The translations under genes and the position numbers were made by a program. The notes beneath the pieces were generated by a model. That model ran no database searches and was not told the origin of the DNA. It saw nothing but the letters and a program-made list of their open reading frames with translations. DNA of 64,000 nt from contig NC_089435.1 in the NCBI RefSeq assembly GCF_026210795.1, forward strand, positions 4,092,001-4,156,000, given 5' to 3'. Each line of letters opens with the position of its first letter. Position 1 is the first letter of the stretch. Origin of the DNA: Rhizophagus irregularis (lineage: Eukaryota). This document shows, in pieces, positions 49,660-60,736 of the stretch.

Positions 49660-50478
49660 ATTTCTTCTGCACCTACAGGTCTATCCTTCCGAATTTTTGA
49701 AGGTAGTGCATACACTTGATCTTTCTGGATTGCCTCAACTGGAGACATACCTAGCAGACGAGTATTAGAATTATTTAGCTCATTCACAATATCAGAAAGG
49801 TTCTTAACCCAAGCAGTATTCGCACCTTCTTGTAAGGAGTTCCTTTGCATCCTGTATTTTGAAAAGTCTCTCTGCTAAAGTTCGATTATACCGTTCAACA
49901 ATAGCCTGACTCTTAGGAGTAGTACCCACCCGAATACGTACACCTTTTTCATCCATTAATCGGATAACTTCATCCTTAAATTCTGATCCCCCATCTACTT
50001 GTAAAACTCTTGGCCAAATAAGCGGGCAGTCTGCTTTACCATAAATCTTTTTAAATGCCTTAGCAACACGTGCAGAGCTGCGATCTTCTAGAGGTACTGA
50101 AGCTTTATATCGGCTAGCAACATCTACAATATTCAGACAGTATTTATACAGCTTTCTATCTACAATATCATAGGGCATATATAAGATATCTGCTTGATGA
50201 TACATATTTGGTCGAGTAATCTTATTAAAAGAAACCTGTGGAATATACTTGGGTATAGGTGAGTGTATTTGCCATATAGCCTGTTTATACAACCACTCTG
50301 TAATATCAGATATGTTAAAATCATGGCTTTCAGCTTGCACTTTAGCCCAAAGTTTTTCAGGAGTACGATAATATCCACATAGATGGTAATAGATTTGTTG
50401 AAGAATATAATTTTGTTCGATTTGTTTATTAAATGTAGGGTCTATAAAAATCTGTAGAACTGGCAATGGAAGATACAT
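49660..50478 (-). pseudogene. rve/DDE integrase of the inner element, N-terminal and core part
   Basis: Motifs HQADILYMP, VDVASRYK, QVDGGSEFK, SQAIVERYNRTL; one frameshift near 49830. Confidence 0.92.
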
Positions 50479-53400
50479 CGTTAAAGACACAGATTACAAA
50501 GCTTGCACATACATTGCAATCACAAGAGCAATATATAAAATACCTGTATGGTGTAATCGAGGGTCATGAATCTGAGATAGAAGAACTTAGGCAAAAAAAT
50601 GCTGAGTTGCGTGCAAAACTTAAGAAAGCATTAGAAACAGCATCACTAAAGGAGGAAGGGCTTCAAGCATTAGAACGTCAGCTGATTGAAGTTGATACTC
50701 TAAATATTCAACTCAAAGATCGAATAAAAGAACTTACTAATAGATAACGGAAAAACATGGCAGCAATTCCTCCTGACCTTATTACAGAAATCTTAAATAA
50801 TCGGACAACTATAGCAAATAGTGTAGCTGGTATTCGTATTCACCTTGATCGTACAACTATAGCAGCACACCCTCATATAAATCATTTATTTAATACTGCA
50901 AATGATAGTCTTGATGCCATTATCCGATATGCTAACGAGTTGCGAAATATTATAGAAGATCAAGATAATATGGAGGATAGACTTGAAGGTTTGTTAGATG
51001 ATGCACATAACCGTGAAGAATATCTTAGACAAGAACTTAATAATACACGTGCTACTATACTGAGAACAAGACGTACTTATGAGGATGCATATGCAAATGA
51101 AGTGCGTCATCGCCAACATTGGGAAGTCCTTGCACAAAATACTCAGATCCAATTGGCTAACATCCAGGCTCAATTTGCTAACAGTCAAATCCAACTAGCT
51201 AATGTCCAGAGAGAACGTGATGAGAGTAGAAGAAATGCTCATAGATTATTACAGCACTATAATACTGAAACAGAGCGAAGTAGAAGGCGGGCTAATGGTA
51301 TCATTCAGCAAGCTCGAGCATGAAGAGGGCAATTTTTAAACTGTCGCAATCATGGTCAAAATTTGCAAAATCAGGTCAATAATTTGAATCAACAGATTCT
51401 AGCATTACAAAATAACCCTCCGATAATACAACAACTGATAATGGCAGGATATGCACCTAAAAAATTTAGAGGAGCATCTGGTGAAGATCCAGAACTTTGG
51501 CTTCAAGAATTCAGGCAATGGTGTGAGTCTGCTGAACTTGATCCTGCTGCTAATGCTAGAACTCGTGTTAGGATTCATGGGATCTTTGAGACTTTACTTG
51601 AAGATGATGCTAGAGATTGGTATGAAACACATATCAAAGGAAAAAATTGGGAATGTGTAAATCTTCTGGATAATACTGGTGTGGCCAATCTTGCTGCTTT
51701 TAATGCTTTGAATAATGGCGCTATACAGGCTGTAGCGGTGAATCAATTTCGTGGAGGGGCTGGTGTATTACATGGACAAGCAGCTGCAGTTAATACTATT
51801 ACTGGTGCTAATTTTATACCTGATCATACTGTATGAGATGAAGATTGGTCAATAGTCGAGGGTCGTCCTACTGATATAGCTGTTAATAATCCTAATGCTA
51901 ATAATGGAGGTACAATTGTGGTTCCTGGAATACGTATTGGACAATTAATATATCATTTTAAGCATTACTTTCCTACTATAACATCTGAAAAGTCTAAGCT
52001 TGCATTTAATGCTATTGTTCAGGGTAGTGATACTGTAAGCCGATTCTATTCTAAATTACGAAGAATGGTTAGACTTGCATATCCAACTCTTCCAGAGGTA
52101 AATCAGAATGAATTAGTACGGCAACAGTTCTTAAATGGTCTTTCCAGTGAAAATAAGTTGGATGCGCGACATATTGGTTTAGAAAATTCAGTTGCATCTA
52201 TTCTGAATAAATTGGAAGAAGTTGAGAAATACAGGACAGATATGCCACCTACTCCTATAGTTACATATCAGGGTCCAACTTTAGCAGATATTGAGAATCT
52301 TATAAATTCTAAAATTCCTATGACTACGGCTAGATCATCTGCAGTACCAGTACCATCTTCTAGTCCATTTTCAAGTCCTCAAAATGATACATCATTTCAG
52401 AGATTACTTGCTTTAGCATATAAATTAGGTCTTCCAAGAGATATCGATATAAGTAAAGTAACCCTTAGTGATCTTGAAATATTTATTGATACAGAACTTA
52501 ATAAAAATTTACCATCTGACCATATTTACCGTGGTAATCAGGTATTTGGTATAAGTTCAGGTACACGCAAACCAAAGAAATCAAAGAAATGCTCAAGTTG
52601 TGGAAAATCTGGTCATACTAAGAGTTCCTGTCCAAAATCTAAGAAGGGAAAGAGGAAAACAAATTATGCACATGACTCCTCTGATTCCTCTAACTCTTCT
52701 GATGCCTCTGACTCCTCTGATTCCTTTGATAGTGATTCAGACTCTGGACATGCCTGCTATGGATTAAAAAAAAAGCCTACAGAAAGGAAACGTGTAGATA
52801 AAAAGCCTACTGATAAGAAAAAATCACAACTTGAAAGGCAGCGTATTATCTTTGAGGTTTTTATACAACTCTTAAAGCTTCTGGTTCAATCCTTCGTTAA
52901 TGCTGTACCAAAAGAGACTGTTATATCTGCTTACAATGCTCTGAATGCTGAATTCATTAATTATAAAGAACCAGTACTCAGTCAGCTTAAAGGAGAACCC
53001 TCGATAAAAACACGTGAAAAAGTTTGGGATAATGTTAAGGACCTTTTCACATCTATCCTTCATCCTATGATTTCGGTTGTAACTAATAGTATGGCTGCAA
53101 ATTTAATCCGTAAAAATGATGATGTTATATGTAATAATGACTTATGGTCTTCTATAGCAGGTATTGGAATTGTTAATCGCAAGTCTGCTAGTGATGTAGT
53201 CACTATTAAGACCAAAGTAGTCGCACCTGAGAGTGAAAAATCTTTAGTTATTCCTACGACAATTTTCGATACTGGTTCTGATAGTTCTCCGATATCTAAC
53301 AATATTGTAAAGCGCCTAAATCTTGACGTTGATAGAAGTAATGCTCCTGACCTTAGTGGTGTTGCAACAAAATCTGATACTATTGGGACAGTATATGGTC

Positions 53401-53675
53401 TTGGTATTCTTGTATATGATGGGGAGAACTCTAAAAAAATTGAAGATGACTTCATGGTTGTTAAGAGTGATAAGGACTTTTTATTGCTAGGTGTACCTTG
53501 GATTGATCGTGCTAATGTCATTCTAGATTTCCAAAATCGGCAACTGACCATTCCTCTATCATCACGTAAAAAAATTACCATTCCAATTTCTCTACATAAA
53601 CGGAAAACTAACGTGACTTCCTTGCAGATGGATACTATCGACCTAAAAAAAATTCACTCTCTCGAGGAAGATTAA
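50466..53675 (+). pseudogene. Coiled-coil / Ty3-Gypsy-like Gag capsid / CCHC knuckle / retropepsin polyprotein (1069 codons, 3 in-frame stops)
   Basis: The ORFs at 50466, 50757, 51363 and 51918 are all in one frame. Motifs: PKKFRGASGEDPELWLQEF, ARDWY, QGSDTVSRFYSKL, QQFLNGL, CSSCGKSGHTKSSC, IFDTGSDSS, LLLGVPW. Confidence 0.9.
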
Positions 53676-53794
53676 CCTGTCATCTATGTGGAGCAAGTTT
53701 TGACTTTCCCTCTAAGTTAAAGCGTCATCTTGCTAGGAAAAATCCATGTGTTTCCCAAACTTCTGCGGCAATGATGGGCGGTGGCGGGCAGTGA
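53645..53794 (+). CDS. C2HC zinc-finger extension in the -1 frame after the protease
   Basis: CHLCGASFDFPSKLKRHLARKNPC with no ATG of its own, preceded by an A8 run. A homologous finger lies at 10802-10728 on the minus strand. Confidence 0.65.
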   Translation, partial: KKNSLSRGRLTCHLCGASFDFPSKLKRHLARKNPCVSQTSAAMMGGGGQ

Positions 53795-53880
53795 CAGGGC
53801 AGTGCCCAAATTTTTTGGCAGTGACGGGCAGTAACAGGGCAGTGCCCAAATTTTTTGGCAGTGATTAGCCTTTACAAATA

Positions 53881-54393
53881 TTACATTTGCCATGTTACTC
53901 TGATTTCTAGGTCTTTACGGGTTTTTATGAGTTTTTCAATAGCATTTCTATTTTTAAAATATCGACTATATCTGATATTTAGCTTTTGAAGGTTTGGTAA
54001 TATATGCAGGATTTCACTTAGCAAATCTCTAACGTCACCTTTTCCACCATAGTATTGATAATCTATTATGCTAAGTTCCTGGATATTGGGGCAAGCTTGT
54101 AGCATTTTTACAATACAGATAGGCCATAAAAATACTCCATCCATATTAAGCTTTCTGATATATTTTCCACATACTGTCCCTGGTTTTGTGAGATGTTTGT
54201 ACATTTGGAACTCCTTAATATTATAGCGGTTATAAAGGTCTGTTTCACCCCATAGGAGAGAGTTTGCTACTACAGCCCATTTTCGACACACTAATGCATA
54301 ATTGCAAAGATAATGCCAACGGGAGTAAGTACCTTCATATGAAGTTTTGAATATCTTTTCTAAAAGTTTGAAAGGTAAGCTATTGTTTGTCAT
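53881..54393 (-). CDS. F-box/LRR-like protein, 170 aa (inner element)
   Basis: SLPFKLLEKIF...ALVCRKWAVVANSLLW, followed by IRKLNM, CPNIQELSI and LPNLQKLNI repeats. Confidence 0.8.
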   Translation of the reverse strand: MTNNSLPFKLLEKIFKTSYEGTYSRWHYLCNYALVCRKWAVVANSLLWGETDLYNRYNIKEFQMYKHLTKPGTVCGKYIRKLNMDGVFLWPICIVKMLQACPNIQELSIIDYQYYGGKGDVRDLLSEILHILPNLQKLNIRYSRYFKNRNAIEKLIKTRKDLEIRVTWQM

Positions 54394-54497
54394 GGTATCT
54401 CATATGAGATATTGATGAAGAAGTTTTATTTAATTAGATTTTTTCTTAGGATAAAATAATTTGAACATTTCTTTTCTATCAATAGAAAAAACCAGAC

Positions 54498-55289
54498 ATG
54501 CTTACTTTTAGTGAACTTACTCCATCTCTTACTGTTACTGAATTTAAGATCAATGTTGAAGGGCTTGATTACACCGTGCTTGGTCATAAACTTGAACCTA
54601 CTAAGGATGTTATTGCCATTAATAGCAACTTTATTCATAAAGCTTTTGAGGGTTATGAACAGTACTTGTCTAAACCAAAAGGTGAGAGGCGATGCAGACG
54701 AAGTACACCTGACAATCCATTAAATAGACGGCGACGTACAGGGGATGGTAGCACTTTTAATGCATGCATTGAGTTTGTTATCATCTTAGCTGATACTGTA
54801 CATACTATTCGTTATTTTCCTAAATCTGGTAGTATACAAGTTTTCGGGTCTTTTGATCCTGTTGCTATCTTCTTACGTTACCTTTCTGAATGTTCCCTAC
54901 CTGAATTTTCTTCTGTAGAACTTGTGGGTGAAAATAAGGCTCTCCTGCGCAATTATAAATTTGTGATTAATATTGGAGGTGATAAGTTTATTAATCTTTC
55001 TACCTTAGCATATGCTTTAGAATCTATAGATGGTATTCGTGAGATTCTTCCCTTTCCGATAAAGTATATTAAGAATGATGCAGGTGATATTCATTCTAAA
55101 ATTGCTATAATCTTTACTTCAAAGATTCGGGTACATATCTGGCCTAAATCTGGTAAGGTTAATATATTTGGCACTAAGACTGAATTGGATGCTGATATGG
55201 TTTATAAGTTCTTACAGAAGTTGTTTTCTAATCCATATGATTTTGAAGATTTTATTTGTGATGCACCTATTCCAGATTGCGAGAGGTAA
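54498..55289 (+). CDS. TATA-binding-protein-like protein resembling asfarvirus B263R, 263 aa
   Basis: Two TBP-like repeats (IRYFPKSGSIQVFG; VHIWPKSGKVNIFG); blocks AINSNF.H..FEGYE, GDGSTFNACIE, NYKF.IN, PFPIK.IK and PIPD recall ASFV pB263R (comparison from memory). Confidence 0.75.
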   Translation: MLTFSELTPSLTVTEFKINVEGLDYTVLGHKLEPTKDVIAINSNFIHKAFEGYEQYLSKPKGERRCRRSTPDNPLNRRRRTGDGSTFNACIEFVIILADTVHTIRYFPKSGSIQVFGSFDPVAIFLRYLSECSLPEFSSVELVGENKALLRNYKFVINIGGDKFINLSTLAYALESIDGIREILPFPIKYIKNDAGDIHSKIAIIFTSKIRVHIWPKSGKVNIFGTKTELDADMVYKFLQKLFSNPYDFEDFICDAPIPDCER

Positions 55290-55309
55290 AAAAATGGTTT
55301 CACTGAAAA

Positions 55310-55993
55310 CTAGAAATCCTCTATTTGTAAAATCCAGCAATCGCATTCATGACTTCTTGTTGGCATAAGACATTCGTCACATAGAGTTATAGCCAACTCA
55401 TTTTTTAGCCTATCCAGCTGACTCTCGGTGGTTGGTGCAAGATTTTGGTAGTATTCATTGAATTCATTCTGCTCTTCTTCATTTATGTCTTCATCTATAT
55501 CTTCATCTGTGTCTTCATCCATATCTTCATCTCCTTTTATATGATAGATGCTGAATTCATTTCTATATTCATCATTAGGATTTGTGAATATTCTTTGTAT
55601 ATTGTAATCTATAATGTTGAATGTTGTAGGTTTCTTTTTTGATAATATTTCTACTAAGTCTAATAATGCATATGCTAATTCTTTATCCTCTGAGAAGTTC
55701 TTAATGATATCTGAAAATCTTTTATATATTGCCATCTCATCTGGTAGAATAGAATATCTTATTCGTGATAAAAGTGATGGATGTATCCATATATCATCAC
55801 CTTCTAACATCTCATCAAATATTTCTACTAGCTCTTCTAATCCAGATACTAACATACTTTCTTTGCTAAATTTGGAATCTAAAGCTTTTAAATATGCTAT
55901 ATCTAAATACCACATTATTTCCTTTACCCATTCTTTTATGTTGAGTTCAAACTGGCCTAGTATACGTCTTAGTAATGGTCTGTATTGTGACAT
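55310..55993 (-). CDS. Hypothetical protein, 227 aa, acidic tract and C-terminal CxxC...CxC
   Basis: Intact intronless ORF starting just inside the right TIR, behind the conserved upstream motif. Confidence 0.65.
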   Translation of the reverse strand: MSQYRPLLRRILGQFELNIKEWVKEIMWYLDIAYLKALDSKFSKESMLVSGLEELVEIFDEMLEGDDIWIHPSLLSRIRYSILPDEMAIYKRFSDIIKNFSEDKELAYALLDLVEILSKKKPTTFNIIDYNIQRIFTNPNDEYRNEFSIYHIKGDEDMDEDTDEDIDEDINEEEQNEFNEYYQNLAPTTESQLDRLKNELAITLCDECLMPTRSHECDCWILQIEDF

Positions 55994-56017
55994 CTTGTAA
56001 GTCTTTTATATGTGAAT

Positions 56018-56409
56018 CTTTTATTCAATTACATTTTTTCTCGGTATAAGGGTAATTGCTTGCCTTGCTATTCCGCTTTATTGACTCCATGGCTGGTTTC
56101 CTGGATGGGTTAATATTTCCTTACCTTTTTTGGCTCCGTTGGCTTTGAAATCCTATTTCTTGTTCGGTTGAGGGTAAGTAGGTGAAAATATTAATAAATG
56201 ATTTAGATTATGAAATAAGTAGGATATAAGTAAATGAAAATATTAATAAATGATTTAGATTATGAAATAAGTAGGATATAAGTAGGTAAAAATATAAAAA
56301 AGGTGATTTAGGTTATAAAATATGTAGTATATAAGTAGGTGAAAATATTAATAAACGGTTTAGATTATGAGATAAGTAGGTGAGCCAGAATTGGGGTTTT
56401 CATACTACT
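56018..56409 (-). repeat. Right TIR of the inner element
   Basis: Ends in GGGGTTTTCATACTACT; reverse complement of the left TIR with only a few differences. Confidence 0.92.
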
Positions 56410-56929
56410 AAGCGTACTGTTGGCATTGTGGAGCGATATAACCGTACCTTAGTTGAGAAACTATTTCCCTCTCAAGATGCATCTGACTTACTAACTTTAG
56501 GTAAAACAAGATCTCGAGTCTGGGTAAAAAACTTACCTATTGCTGTAGAAAGTATAAATAACTCAGTGACCCAACAACTTGGTATATCTCCTGCTATAGC
56601 TATAAAAAAATCACGAGTGTCTTCCAGATCTTCTTATCCTCGTGATGGACCTGTTGGGTATGAAGAAGAGAAACTACCACCTGATATAAGTGTAAGGTAC
56701 TTACTTGAACCAAATGATCTGGAAGGTGGAAGACGTCGAGCAGGAGATATGAATTGGTCACCTAAGATTTATCATATCCATATGTCTTTAACACAGAAAA
56801 ATCAACCAGTTTTGTACTGGCTTATTGATGATGATGGTAAAGAATCAGAGAGATCCTTTGTGAGGGGAAGAACTTTTGGTTATACCAGATGATACAGAAC
56901 TTCCACCACAATGGGTACTTATGAATTAA
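56410..56929 (+). pseudogene. rve integrase of the outer element, 3' part
   Basis: KRTVGIVERYNRTL, WVKNL, VRYLL, GRRRAGDMNWS; frameshift near 56866, then ELLVIPDDTELPPQW. Confidence 0.9.
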
Positions 56930-57299
56930 GATAGTCTTCTACCTCATCATCTGCTTGGGAGTCTGTAAGGAAGTAGTCTTTTGCCAATTCGTAGTATAAC
57001 CTGTATAGCTTATTAATAGCAGACAAAAGTTTTCTTTTTGGTTCTCTGCTATACCAGGTCTTATAATTTTCCAAGATTTGCTAATACTTTGTCTCATTAG
57101 GTAGAATAGATTGTGCTGTTTCAAGAACAAAATTTTCTGGTTCTTCTGCTTGACGCAATTTGATTATCCTTTGTTTGTAACATAACATGAATTTACCATC
57201 CTTTGGTTTCTTGTAAAGGATGCCTGCTTTAATTACAGCAATTAAAGCTGATTCAATTTCACGGTATGTTGGCTTAGCTGGTATAGCTTGGGTAGACAT
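56919..57299 (-). pseudogene. Hypothetical protein of the outer element (one in-frame TAG at 57081)
   Basis: MSTQAIPAKPTY... reads through the TAG as QILENYKTWY...DYLNS*. Confidence 0.55.
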
Positions 57300-57354
57300 C
57301 ATTTTTATATCATGTAAACTTTTTTTTAATTTAACTTATTTATACTTAATAAAA

Positions 57355-57590
57355 ATGATTGGAGAATATACTTGTGAATATTTACATAATACACGAAGCC
57401 TTGTGGTCGTCCTTGTGTGAGGCCAGAAGGTTGTCGCATTCATTGGAAGACAAAATCACGCTTTCCTTGTACTGTATGTGGTAAACCTACAGGTTCATCT
57501 AGTGGTCGATGTCAATCTCATATTGGAAGTTATTATCAAAATCGGTATGAAAATAGGCTTCGTCAAAGAATCAGAGCAATTTATGATTAG
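57355..57590 (+). pseudogene. Small Cys/His zinc-binding protein (frameshifted)
   Basis: MIGEYTCEY... then CGRPCVRPEGCRIHW...CTVCGKPTGSSSGRCQSH in a shifted frame. Confidence 0.55.
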
Positions 57591-57595
57591 GGTTA

Positions 57596-58030
57596 AATTT
57601 TGGTTAGACTTCATTGTCCCAGAATTTTTCGTATAGGAGGAAAAGCTTTAAAACATATCTAGTTACCTTCCTGCTATACATTTTTTGGTTAGACCTCGGT
57701 CGGATTTTTGGTTAGACCTTTGGTTAGACCTGTTATTCCAGATTTTTTTCGTATTGCAGAAAAAGCTTTACAATATATCTAATTACCTTCCTGCTATACA
57801 TTTTTTGTTTAAACCTGGGTTGGATTTTTGGTTAGACTTCGCTGTCCCAGATTTTTTCGTATAGGAGGAAAAGCTTTAAAACATATCTAGTTGCCTTCCT
57901 GCTATACATTTTTGGTTAGACCTGGGTTAGATTTTTGGTTAGACTTCGCTGTCCCAGATTTTTTCGTATAGCAGGAAAAGCTTTACAATATGTCTAGTTG
58001 CCTTCCTGTTAAAAATTTTTGGTTAGAGCA
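57596..58030. repeat. Tandem repeat (~113-bp unit x4), probably within the outer element's TIR
   Basis: Unit TTTTGGTTAGAC...GTCCCAGATTTTTTCGTATAGGAGGAAAAGCTTTA...CCTTCCTGCTATACA. Confidence 0.85.
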
Positions 58031-59249
58031 TGAATGGCTTAAATCATTGAATGAATCCATTTTAGAGTATCATAAAAATAGTATGCCACAATGGATTGCT
58101 GAATCGTGCCATCGGTATTACAGACACTTTGCTTCATACCTTTGGCACTTATAAAGGCAATCTGATATAGCATAAAATTAAGATACCCTGGAATGGATCC
58201 ATGCGTGGTAATAATGCCTAGAAATAAATGATGTTAATCTTATCTACAACGCTTGGGGATTCTTTTTAGCTATCAAGTAATAACATATCAGGAATCGGAG
58301 GTTAGGTGGTCTGGGGATAGAAAAACAGGTATAGTGTTATCATATCAGAAAACAAGGCTAGGTGGTCTGGGAGTACACTAAATTATGGTTAGACCTATGT
58401 GATAGCCGCTGTCCCAGAACCCCCAAGATTGCCCTACTCTACTCATATAAAAAGTCTTTACGTACAGCTCATAGTAAAAAAAATTTTTGCCACCTGATCT
58501 TTATATATATATTTCTAGGTATTAGCAATGCCCTATTTATTTTATATATAAATTAATTTACTATGTAATAATTATATAAAATAATAAAAAATAAATTAAT
58601 TAATTAAAAATTATTTCAATAAAATATTAAATGCTAAAAAAAATTGAATTACTGTATCACAATAAAAAATTCGATTTTTTAATTCAATTTTTGATTAATC
58701 AATTTAGATTCGATTTTTGATTAATTTGATTTTACTAGAATCGATTCCATTCTCTAGATAGAAGACTACTAAAATATCACTATTATTAAATAGTTTCCAC
58801 TTTTTTATATTATTAGCTATACCTCTAACTTATCTCTTCATGAATAGATCCACTTTCTTTATATTAGAATTATTTAATTCTACTTCTTTATATTCTGAAT
58901 AGATTACTTAGTATTATATCAATCCATTACCTTTATATCTTTCATAAAGTTTTTTCCTTTGTATACAAACTGTTTTATATAACTAATACCTCTATATATA
59001 CTTTAAATAAATCTCTTTCTGCTTGCCATATGTATTTTCATTAAATATAACTTTTACTAATGGAACCTTAGATGGAAATTAAATAATCTATTTCTTATAT
59101 TTTTAATAAACTTTTCTATTATTTGATAGTATAATAGTACATAATTGTGAACATAAGTTATATGGTAATCTAAAACTAAAATATCATGAATCATATCTAA
59201 CTGAGAATTTAATATAAATTGTTATTTTGTTATTTCTGAATGATATTGA

Positions 59250-60310
59250 AATAAGGATGATACCGATCTTAGAAGATTGCGGTTATACCAGTCCTACATT
59301 CCAAAAAATGGACTGGTTTATCTTGCGTAGGACTGTGATCTTTCAGTTTTGGGCTAATTCTTGCCAGATACAGAATAAACAGTTATTAGTTAATTATGAA
59401 AAAAAACATAAATTGTAAATAAACAATTAAATAAATTAAACATTTACTTTTGTTGTTATATCAAACTCTTGAAGGACTTCTAAAAATCTTTGTAATAAAT
59501 TAACTCCAGTATGGGATCCTGATAAAATACAAAAATCCAATGTAGTATATTTTAATTTCTATTTGTTATTTATCCAGTGAACACTTATCCCAAGAAATGG
59601 AATTTAGTTCTTGCTAGTCCAAACGTCTACTGTAAAAGATAAGTGACTGGGTGCTTCCTATTATTCAGTTTTGATTTGGATTGATTTAATACCTATATAA
59701 TATAAAATCATTATATATAAACATTAGTTATTAACCTGCAGTTGTTGTCTAAATACATTTTTTGCAGTTTTAAAGCTTTCATCTAAATCTCGTCGTACAG
59801 TATCAGCAGAGAAAATGTGCATGCCTAGTTGAATAAATGTCATCATGTCTTGAAATTCCCTATTTTCAGTCACATTAAATGGTTGATTATTATTAACTAC
59901 CCAATGAATCAATCTTTTTCTATATTCTTTTTGGCTAAGTTAAAAAAAAATGATATAATTATATTGATATATTAATAATAAGAATCTTTAATATGGTATT
60001 AAATAAATATTAAACTTACATTTTCTTTTTGATTAGAAATTATAAACTTATCTATTTCACCGATTTTTTCTTCTTGTTTTTGAGTTTCAGCAACAATTTT
60101 TGGATGGTGATTATTCATATGACGCCATAATGTAGAAGTTGATTTGTCTGAAAAACTCTTACTAGGACAATAGGTGCAATAATATCTTGAAGACTTATAA
60201 GTAAAAAATTGATAAACAAGGGATTTTTTGCTGCTTGAAGAAGAATTAGTATCCTCTTCAAGTTCAACAATAGGAGTGGGAACGGGAATAGATGAAGAAG
60301 AGTTAGTCAT
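59250..60310 (-). pseudogene. hAT transposase remnant with BED zinc finger
   Basis: VYQFF...CTYC...STSTLWRHMNNHH, QPFNVTENREF, SFTVDVWTS, SGSHTG; stops present and 3' truncated. A likely hAT end with GAGCC repeats and AGACCTTA lies at ~61910-62100. Confidence 0.8.
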
Positions 60311-60736
60311 TATTCAGATATATAAATCTTTTTATCTTCAGAGAAAGCCGTCAAAAAAGAACAAAGAACAAAATGTAAAAGAATGACTTAAGTTGGATTA
60401 TTTGGCATGAATGATAACTGAAATTATCAACTCGAATTTTTTTTTTCATACAGATGATAACTACTTTTAAATAATTAAGACTTGATAAATTAATAAAATT
60501 GGTTTAGCTAAAATTGGTTTAGCTACCAAAATTAGTTTAGTACAATTACTTTTCACACCGATCAGTTGATAATCTATTTACAAAAAGTTAAATATTAAAA
60601 AAGCCATTTTTATAAAATCTTTAGTCAAGCAAAATAAAAGAATTTTTTTTTCTTTGGTTAATTTCGACCTCTAAAATAGTTGAAATAATCAAAATTAATT
60701 TCAACTTTAGGTCACAGACAGTCAAAATTAATATTA

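Larger units (their letters stand above)
14363..56409. mobile_element. Inner Polinton/Maverick-like element with Gag-protease and TBP-like genes (~11.8 kb core plus ~30 kb nested insertions)
   Basis: ~390-bp TIRs with AGTAGT/ACTACT termini; direct repeat AAGCGTA at 14356-14362 and 56410-56416; pPolB plus rve integrase; excision restores the outer integrase frame (QKAKSKR-TVGIVERYNRT). Confidence 0.92.
1..58443. mobile_element. Outer Polinton/Maverick-like element with Gag-protease module (left part outside window, right end tentative)
   Basis: pPolB C-terminus at 3-143; Gag/CCHC/protease on the minus strand (13783-10811); rve integrase split by the inner element; intronless compact ORFs; tandem repeats at 57596-58030; putative AG...CT-type terminus CTACTCTACT at 58434-58443, followed by AT-rich DNA. 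Confidence 0.7.

Noticed and set aside
53060..53581. Antisense ORFs over coding regions (also 10911, 34776, 39265, 41308, 55614)
   Set aside because: They are shadow frames opposite well-supported genes and have no recognisable motifs.
50466..53675. In-frame stops in Gag and pPolB as evidence of an alternative genetic code or readthrough
   Set aside because: The stops are a mix of TAA, TAG and TGA, each one transition away from CAA, TGG or CGA, and frameshifts also occur. This is ordinary decay.
56380..56409. N-terminus MSQNWGFHTT of the 170-aa ORF as a separate gene
   Set aside because: It is read from the TIR. The remainder is the 3' half of the interrupted outer integrase.
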